Assembly (NCBI RefSeq): GCF_006345805.1
Contig: NW_021833411.1
Coordinates: forward strand, 1-26,937
DNA length: 26,937 nt
Origin: Octopus sinensis
Lineage: Eukaryota
Direction of reading: 5' to 3'
Part shown: positions 10,563-18,172 of the stretch, piece after piece
Layout of the letters: each line of letters starts with the position of its first letter
How positions within the stretch are numbered: the first letter of the stretch is position 1
The notes under the pieces: model-generated
The model's input: only the letters and a program-made list of their open reading frames with translations
Told to the model about the DNA's origin: nothing
The model's database searches: none
Program-made: the position numbers and the translations under genes

Positions 10563-12092
10563 CAGGGGTCACCAAACTTTTTGCACTCGCGGGCCGGATT
10601 GACCCCAACACAATGAACGCGGGCCGGAGCACGTGCATAGGATTATAATTTTACTAGAAATTCATAAGTGTGTTTTTTACAATAAAAACTAATTTAAACA
10701 AAAATAAAGTAAACAAAAATTTTAATGAGAGCTATGGAACTGTGATCTTTTTTTGATAAGTTCATCAATATTGGTTTTAAATTGCTGCATCCTATCATGA
10801 GAATTGATTTTAAGTGTCCGTCAGTCAATCTTGCACGATGGGCAGACTTAACATATTTCATCCTCGAAAACGTTTGCTCACATTGGTAAGTTGTGCCAAA
10901 TATAGAAATCATCTTTATCGCAAAATTCTTTAGTCTCGGAAACTCATCATCCTTGAGATATTCGTAGAACTCAGCGAGTTTGGTCCGTCTGTGACAATCT
11001 TTGAGCTGTTCATTTGATTGTAAGTCAATAACTTCTAATTGTAATTCATGTTGAACATTTTCAACATTACAAGAAAATGGATTTTCGAACAAAATTATAT
11101 CGCTTTCAATTTTGTCAAGTTCAGAAAACTTATGTAAAAAATGATGTTTTAATTCTTTGATAATTCCAATTTGGAAAGTAATGTCGATCTCATTACAGTT
11201 TGCCTCACAAAAAAACTTTTAAAACAAGAAAAGTGTGAAAACTGACGTACTCCAATTGTGACTCGAATAACATCAATTTTTGTCGAAATGCTTAATTATC
11301 CTGTAGAAATCACAAATTAAGTTTTCCTTTCCTTGTAATTTCAGATTTAGCTCATTCATGTGAGTTGTAACATCAACCCAAAATGATAATTTTGATAGCC
11401 AAGCAAGATCTGATAATTCGGGATAATAGTTATTTTTACTGGTTAGAAAAATATCAATCTCACTTCGGAGTTTATAAAATCTATTTAATACATTACCACA
11501 GCTAAGCCATCTAACTGCAGTGTAATATGGTAAGTCAAAATATTCAGATCAAAATCGTCAAGTAAAACTTTAAACTGACGGTGATTAAGTGAGCTCCCTC
11601 GAACAAAGTTTATTATGCGAATAACTGGATTCAACACACATGAAATATTAAGAGCCTTCGCACATAGTGCGTGCTGATGAAGGATGCAATGAATGAACAA
11701 GTGTTTGAAATATGTAATTCCTCCAATTTATTAGTTATTTGCCCAACTAGACCCTTTTTAGAACCAGCCATATTCTTTGCCCCGTCAATCGTAACACAAC
11801 TCAGTTTCTCCCATTCAAGGTTATAGTCACTTATAGTTTGTTCCAATTCATCAAAAATATCTTTTCCAGTGGTTGTTCCATGAATAGAACACAGATGCCA
11901 GTTCTTCAGTTATGGAAATATTCTCATCAACTCCACGAATAAAAATAAGAAGTTGCGATGTTCCCGAAATGTCAACTGACTCATCCAATGCAAGAGAATA
12001 CCACAACATATTACTTGTCTTTTCACAATTTGTAAATATATATTTTTTCCAAGCTCTTCAGTTCTCCGTGATACAGAACTCGCCGACAAACT
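10563..12092 (-). mobile_element. hAT DNA transposon (Charlie/Buster/SPIN group, GTF2IRD2-like transposase), one end only, frameshifted
   Basis: Terminal CAGGGGTCACCAAACTTTTT at 10563, preceded by GACTAGAG (nnnTAnnn-type site). Subterminal CGCGGGCCGGA at 10588 and 10618. Transposase motifs SLSASSVSRRTEEL, YSLALDESVDISGTSQLLIFIRGV, CVTIDGAKNMAG, IHCILHQHALCAK, and FGTTYQCEQTFSRMKYVKSAHRARLTD (dimerisation domain). Stop at 10722-10724. N-terminus and second TIR are replaced by the dynein fragment. Confidence 0.9.
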
Positions 12093-13115
12093 CGTATCCT
12101 TCTATGAAACCATTGGGGAGTTATATCAACGACTTGTTCGACAGATTGAATTTTCTACAGGTAATATTAACAAAAATACATGCGATATATTTATTATACG
12201 AGTTTGTGGTTTTGATAGTATTTAAAAATTCCTTATACTGGTATCTTCCGTTATTATTAGAAATGGTTCGATTTCGGGAAACCGAACACTTTTTGGCTTT
12301 CCGGATTTTATTTCACCTAGGCCTTCTTAACTTGAGTCATGCAGAATTATGCTCGAAATATGTGATTCCGATTGATTTACTCACATTTGACTTTAAGGTT
12401 TGTCATTACATCACGACAAATAAGGTTATGACGCAATATACCTTGGACAGTTCAGCCGAAAACGGAGCCTATGTGTATGGACTTTTCCTTGATGGAGGCC
12501 GATGGGACATTGACGAGTTAAATTTCAGTTTTGATTGAATTTAGAAACTGTTTGGTTGAGCAAAAACCAAAAATATTGTTTGAAGAACTGCCAATAATTT
12601 GGATAATTCCTAAAAAGAAGACTGATATGGCTGTAAATGATCAGAGGTTTTAGGAAAGCCTCTCGTATGGGATTCAACATGTTCCGACTCCTTTTCCGGC
12701 CGGTTGCTGTCGAAACCCTGGGATCGATTGGGAAGGAGTCGTTGTGCTTCCTCAAGTGTATTGGACGTCTCAAGACCTTGAGAACACACAATCCTTTGGA
12801 GACGAGATGGCTCCTCCAGAACGTTTCCCAAGCAATAGTGAGGGGAAACAGGATCGCCATTAGCTCTTCTTCTTATTCCAATTAGACTTCATAATTTTTC
12901 ATAATCAATATTCTAAAAAATACCATCATAGGTTTTTATATTCATGTAAATGTGCTTAGATACGTCTGTCCGGTGTAAAACACTTGAAAGACGTGGAACT
13001 CTATCAACCACAGGACATTCGACTAATTTCGTGATTTTTATGCTTCTTAATACGCAAAAGCAAGCCCAACATTGGATTAAGCGCAGAACAGCAATAATAT
13101 GCCAGTTAGCAATCA
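12092..13115 (+). pseudogene. Axonemal dynein heavy chain C-terminal fragment (inner-arm, DNAH3/7/12-like), disrupted
   Basis: SYPSMKPLGSYINDLFDRLNFLQ|KWFDFGKPNTFWLSGFYFT*AFLT*VMQNYAR.YVIPIDLLTFDFK|V...ENGAYVYGLFLDGGRWD..E|NCLVEQKPKILFEELPIIWIIP...R|[24 protein letters not shown]...[13 protein letters not shown]. Introns 12161-12260, 12398-12424, 12517-12544, 12647-12959. TAG at 12318, TGA at 12333 and two frameshifts. Only ~200 aa of a ~4000-aa protein. Confidence 0.88.
12653..12929 (+). mobile_element. 5'-truncated CRE-like retrotransposon 3' end inside the last dynein intron
   Basis: FRPVAVETLGSIGKESLCFLKCIGRLKTLRTHNPLETRWLLQNVSQAIVRGNRIAI...* (stop 12885). Flanked by AGGTTTTA (12645-12652) and AGGTTTTTA (12930-12938). 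Confidence 0.82.
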
Positions 13116-13375
13116 TATTAAAATTTTCCTGCTACAACCGAGATCATGTTTTTAAACATCCCATCTACAAATCATCACTATTCTCAATTCACTAGAGAAC
13201 GTCATAATTTGATTAAAAAATAAAACTAATTAAGGACTCGCACTTATTAAATCTCTAGTAATTGAGTTTAAATTTCAAAAATTTCTGAATTTTTGCAAAA
13301 TAATTATTGTTTCTCTTACTCGCTGAGACCACCTTTATTGATAAAAAAAAGAAACTAATTAACTAAGTATTTCTT

Positions 13376-13995
13376 CTAAATAAGTCCAGAGCCATCGAAG
13401 TGAGCAGAGGATGGCACTCCACGCACCTCCTTCCCTTCTTCCTTCTCTTCTCCGGTACCGTAGACCTCCAAGAAAGTGCAGTTCAGCGCCACTTGCTGAC
13501 TAAATGTCAGGAAAGGCCTGAATAGGCGAGCATCAAACGAGACACTCTCCAGAGTCCTCTTAAGAACAGTTGACTCCATATAAGCCTGTAGAGACTTATC
13601 TACACCCAACTGTCTTAAGTACCGCTTGTGGTATTTGGTGACCAGTCCATCCCATGTCATCACACACGTGATGCACCACCTCCACGATAACAATCTTCCC
13701 GGTAACCTTATCATTGATCACAATATCGGGTCTGTTGTGCTGGACAACAATCGAGGTGCGTATGGGGACATCCACTTTAATGCACACCCGCGAGTTCTCA
13801 CACCGATTGAACTCGATGGGTTCGCAACTTTCTGGACCGCCTCAAGCCATACTTATTGTAGAGCAAAGATGGAGGGACCTCACCACCACCACCTCGTTAT
13901 GCCTCCATGTGTAATCATGGTAAAGCATACTTCCGCACTTCGTGGCTAAATGTCAACGGTCATTGCCTTACTCTTACAGTGGTTACACTGTTTGT
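13376..13995 (-). mobile_element. R4/Dong-like retrotransposon 3' part (family D), internally deleted
   Basis: CNHCKSKAMTVD.LATKCGSMLYHDYTWRHNEVV...KVDVPIRTSIVVQHNRPDIVINDKVTGKIVIVEV, then a jump to VMTWDGLVTKYHKRYLRQLGV...VLKRTLESVSFD. Confidence 0.85.
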
Positions 13996-14015
13996 AGTTC
14001 AAAGAGAGTGAAAGT

Positions 14016-14500
14016 GTAGTTTTGTGGCCAATCATTGTATTTAGGCCGGAAGGGTCGCAGAGGCTGTTTGACCTGATTACACCAACAGAAGAACGGTTCT
14101 CCGTTGCCCTTTTCTTTGCAATTGGAAGCACGTTAGTGACAGATAACATCGACAAGGCATTTTCCGTGGCATTCGGAAGTGTTCGTTACCGAGTAGTGAC
14201 CCTGGATGGACAACTAATAGAAACATCTGGTAGATTGTGTCTCTTAATCGATATAGGAACATTGAGTGGTGGTGGAAGTAGAAGATTGAGTAACAAAATG
14301 GGATTATCGTCGGTTGACTACCAAAAAGGAGTCAATTCGAGTACATTGTTGATTTCCGAGCAGAAACTGGAGACTGTATGATATAAAATGACAATTCTTA
14401 GTTGGTGAAGAAGATCTGGAAGTTCAAAGACAGAATATTTCGGATAGTTTGGATGGACTGGGGACCGATAAGAAAAGAACTGAACACGTGTTGGAAAGAC
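14016..14500 (+). pseudogene. SMC4: SMC4 (condensin) hinge-domain fragment with introns retained
   Basis: PEGSQRLFDLITPTEERFSVALFFAIGSTLVTDNIDKAFSVAFGSVRYRVVTLDGQLIETSG|TLSGGG matches the SMC4 hinge end (RLFDL...TLVA.....A...R.RVVTL.G..IE.SGTM.GGG) once the 27-nt intron 14230-14256 is removed. Further likely introns at 14016-14044 and 14376-14401. Right boundary approximate. Confidence 0.8.
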
Positions 14501-15337
14501 TTCTCGGTGGTCTCCCTCATAGCAATATATATGTTTGTCAACCTGGCCTACTTTGTTGTCATCCCCAAACAAGAACTTTTGGCGACCAGCACAATTGGAT
14601 TAGTTCTCTCTTCATTTTTTAATATTTTAGTCTTTCGGAAAAGAAATATCAACAGTAATGTATACAATCCTTCCCATCTTGTCACCCTCTCGACCTTTGG
14701 GAGTATGAATGGAGGATTTATGTCTTTGTGGAGGTAATTTTATTTTCTTTTTTTTCAGAGCTTTTTTTGCTGCAGGAAGGGACGGAAATCTTCTTCGGTT
14801 GTTCTCCCTGGTCACAATAAATCTGAAGACACCAGCAGTCCCCCTGATTTTTACGGTATCTCAACATGATCACTGTAGGCCCTGACTTCCTTTATCATTG
14901 TCTCAGCTAATGATATTGATTCGATCGTTAATTTTACCACTTTTGCTGAAACTCTGTTCCAGGCGTTGACAATTTCCCTATTTTTACATGAGAAAGTACG
15001 GCAAGGAATACAAGCCAGCATTTAAAGTAACAGGTCATATAATTTTTTCAATTTTCTTTATAATGGTCTCAATCTATCTCCTTTCAATCACACTCTATTC
15101 CAAACCAAAGTGGTGTGGATGAGCCTTCCTCATCATTCTGGCTGGAACCCCAGTTTACTTTATTACTGTCAAAGGAATTTCAAAAATTCAAAATATAAGG
15201 AACTTTCAAGTAAATTCATTTCTATTACCTCAGAACGCTTTTCGATCTTTTTACAAACTATCCTTGTTTCTGACTTTGCAAAAGAAGAAGATTTGTACCT
15301 TACCGAAGAGGCCCCTCTACTGAGTTACTTTAACTAA
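14500..15337 (+). CDS. SLC7 (LAT/y+LAT/b0,+AT-type) amino-acid transporter light chain, C-terminal half only (about TM7-TM12)
   Basis: LIAIYMFVNLAYFVVIPKQELLATSTIGL|SFG...LSTFGSMNGGFMSLWR|AFFAAGRDGNL...KTPAVPLIFT|A...DIDSIVNF...KPAFKV...KPKWCG.SLLIILAGTPVYF...*. Introns 14603-14630, 14734-14758, 14856-14878. A few 1-bp frameshifts. Stop TAA ends at 15337. N-terminal half absent. Confidence 0.85.
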
Positions 15338-15580
15338 TCATACTTGTTTAAATTATTTTGGTGCTATTTAAATCTTAATTCTTTAATTATGGACAGCAAA
15401 TTGTGTTTTTTGGTGATTATCGACTTCTAGAAAGTCACTAATATGCGCTCTTCAAAAGTTCTAAACGATAACCTCAAGCCAATGAAAAGAACAATAAAGA
15501 AATCTAAGGTAATTTATGGTTTCTCTTGTTATTACGAATTGTATTTTTTTAAATTTTGTTATTAATCCTCGGAAAGCTAG

Positions 15581-17171
15581 TTAGTAAGTTATTAATATAT
15601 ATCCCCGGCTCCGATGAATAGATTTTTGAGTTCCACAGAATTTTTTGTCCCGTCAATGTTCATAATCATTCCATGTGAAACATGAGTTATCTTCGCGACA
15701 TCCCTTTACAGTTAAAACAACGTTAGAACATTGATATTGATTGATTGTTTAAAGAAACTGCAATAAAGTATGACTGAAATCCGTCCCGTTTCACAGTGTA
15801 TATAATCACATCGTTTTCAGAATTCACATTATAGCTTCCCCATTTGAATGTATCTTGGTTATAAATGTCCAGATAAAAGGAAATGGTTGAGAATCCTTTA
15901 ATTTCAGTTTCAGCAGCAGTTTGAATCTTTACATTTTTATCAAATTCCAACTTTTAGGCCGTGCATGAAGAAATTACGTGAAAATCCAAAATTAGTTATT
16001 TGAGATGAGCTAAATCCTTTACTTACGGCTCCATCATTCCAATTCATGATTGGCTGACTATCCATGAGAATAACAGTAGCTTTTATTAAATAAAACATCC
16101 CTTACTTGGTACCGAGAGGAGTTCGTCCCCATAATTTATGACGATTGACCACCCTTGGAAGAACATTGGTAAACTTAAGTTTTTGTGAGGGTGAATTGGT
16201 TTCATCACTGATCTAAACAGATTTAAATAATTGGTTAGACTGTATAAGCTCGGTAAGGTTTAGTGCTAAAGCGAGTTCCATCTTGTTTGATGTTTTGAGA
16301 GCATTGGGATACGGTTGTGCATTCGAATTTATTAATAATTAATCAAGCTCTTTGTGCTCTTGCATGTTAGTTTTTAACTGCATTGCAATTATCCTGAAAA
16401 TTATTAATGTATCACTACTTGTCTGATGGAAGGACTTTTTTCAAGTTTTGGTAAACGGAAGAAAATAAATTCGGATCAAGGTCGTCTAAAACAATTCCGT
16501 CGATGTAATACACCACTTTCAACAATGCAGATTTCATATCAGCATTGCCCATATTTTCTGTTTTGAAGTCAATTAGAAGATTAATGTCTGTCAATTTAGA
16601 ATAGTGAATTCAAACCATATTGGCGTAATGCTTTGCTTAAAATAGCCAGGTCTTTATACGGCTCCAACGTAGGGACCAAATTTTTTTCAAAAACATCGGT
16701 TGTTTTGAAAACTTCGATCCAAATTGCACCAACATGAAGAGATCTAAGATAATCTAATTTTTGAATAATTCCTAGAAATGTCAATTGAATGTTTGACCTT
16801 TTAAGTCTCCAATTCCGTCATTATCAGAGTCAAAAAAAGATTTGACATTAATTCGGTAAATGACGGAGTTTTGGTACCATTTTTGATCCCAGGGAACAGT
16901 ACAGATAGGGTTAGTAGTCACCAAAACAACCACGGATATAATCAATGCGACAAATACCAATGCAAAAAAGGCCAGCAGACCATATCTTAGCTACAAATAA
17001 TCTTAAAAGCACTACCCTTCTCCAGAATGGAGTATTTGACTGAGTCAAAATCTCATCGACTGATAACCCTGTGGGGGAATCGTCTTTCTCAACTCTTTGG
17101 CGAATATTGTGACCTTCTTCCTCATTTAGATCTAAATTAATATTTTCAGTGATGCAGTCGACTTTGGACAT
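15581..17171 (-). CDS. SLC3-family heavy chain (rBAT/4F2hc-like; single TM plus GH13-like ectodomain), near-complete
   Basis: ATG 17171: MSKV...PTGLSVDEILTQSNTPFWRR|LRYGLLAFFALVFVALIISVVVLVTTNPICTVPWDQKWYQNSVIYRINVKSFFDSDNDGIGDLK|GIIQKLDYLRSLHVGAIWI...NLLIDF...FFQGWSIVINYGDEL...PIMNWN...KGFS...VELKNLFIGAGDILITY*. Six GT-AG introns: 16991-17015, 16772-16797, 16588-16615, 16394-16418, 16080-16105, 15704-15729. One in-frame TAA at 16339-16341, plus frameshifts near 16250 and 15950. Confidence 0.88.
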
Positions 17172-17362
17172 TGAAAATACGATCAAATTATTATAATTTA
17201 TATTAGCAAATTTTAACAATGAAAGTTAATAATAAATTCCTATCTAAATTATTTAAGAATCCAGATCGTCAGTGGTTTCTCTTCTTTGCTTGGAAAAGTT
17301 TGCAACAAAATTCTTATCATTTTTTCATTTTCTTCAATTATTGTTGCTGTCAAAGTAATTGT

Positions 17363-18165
17363 TTAGCCAGTGTCCTCAAGTTGATTGGCGGCAGAGGCGT
17401 ACTCCTCGTTGTCTACCTTCATCCCATGTCTGTGTTCAATAAGCATACTCTCTAGAGTCCTCTTCGGCACAACAGACTGGATGTATGTCCTCGTTCCTTC
17501 TTCAATGGATAACTTGTCCATATGACTTTTAAAGAACTTTGAGACAACTCCATTCCATGTCAAGACAATTGAAATAATCTTCACTTTTGCTTCATAGAGA
17601 ACCGACAGTTCGTTTGCAAGCAGGTCGTATTTGTGAAATTTCTCCACTTCAACTTGCTTTAAACGGTCTTGCGAGGTAACTCCCACTTCGATTAAATGAA
17701 TTTCTCTTTTCCTCTTGTCATAAACGAAAATATCAGGTTTATTGAATTGAAATTTCGTTTCAGTCATAAATGACTCTGCAATTGTCAGTTGAATTGTCAA
17801 CTCTGATTTCGACATTTTGGGTCGACATTATTGACACAACCGAATGTCCCTTCAATTTCCTACTTCGTTTAATTTTATACATTCGACACAAGTGGTGATA
17901 AATACACTTTACCACTTCGTTGTGTCTTCGGAAATAATCACTGTTTAGCATCCTACCACACCGCGTGGCTAGATGGTCAACAGTCTGCCTGCTTTTTTTG
18001 CAGTGGACGCATAGTGATCCCGTGTATGCAAAGAACAAATTCCTATCTTGCAAAAGACAGTACAATGCCTCGCTTCGTAGACCATTGTTCCCTTTCGATA
18101 GCCATTGCGAAGAAGTGTGCGACCACCAAGAAAGACGTGGAAAAATATATCAAATTTGAGCGGAG
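17363..18165 (-). mobile_element. R4/Dong-like non-LTR retrotransposon 3' part (family A, copy 2, best preserved)
   Basis: LLQDRNLFF..CVHCKKSRQTVDHLATRCGRMLNSDYFRRHNEVVKCIYHHLC (CCHC knuckle). FNKPDIFVYDKRKREIHLIEVGVTSQDRLKQVEVEKFHKYDLL (PD-(D/E)xK restriction-like endonuclease). No RT core; 5'-truncated. Confidence 0.9.
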
Positions 18166-18172
18166 TAACTCG

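Noticed and set aside
12913-13116. Minus-strand ORFs, including a weak GPCR TM7-like SALNPML string in another frame
   Set aside because: They lie antisense to the unambiguous last dynein exon ([16 protein letters not shown]) and lack the NPxxY tyrosine.
12318-16341. Stop-codon reassignment (TAG at a conserved Gln in dynein; TAA in SLC3 at a plausible Gln position)
   Set aside because: The same dynein exon has TGA at a conserved Gly plus frameshifts. SLC7, SLC3 and the hAT transposase end in TAA at the expected homologous positions, and Gln is encoded by CAA/CAG elsewhere. Decay or sequencing error explains the stops better.
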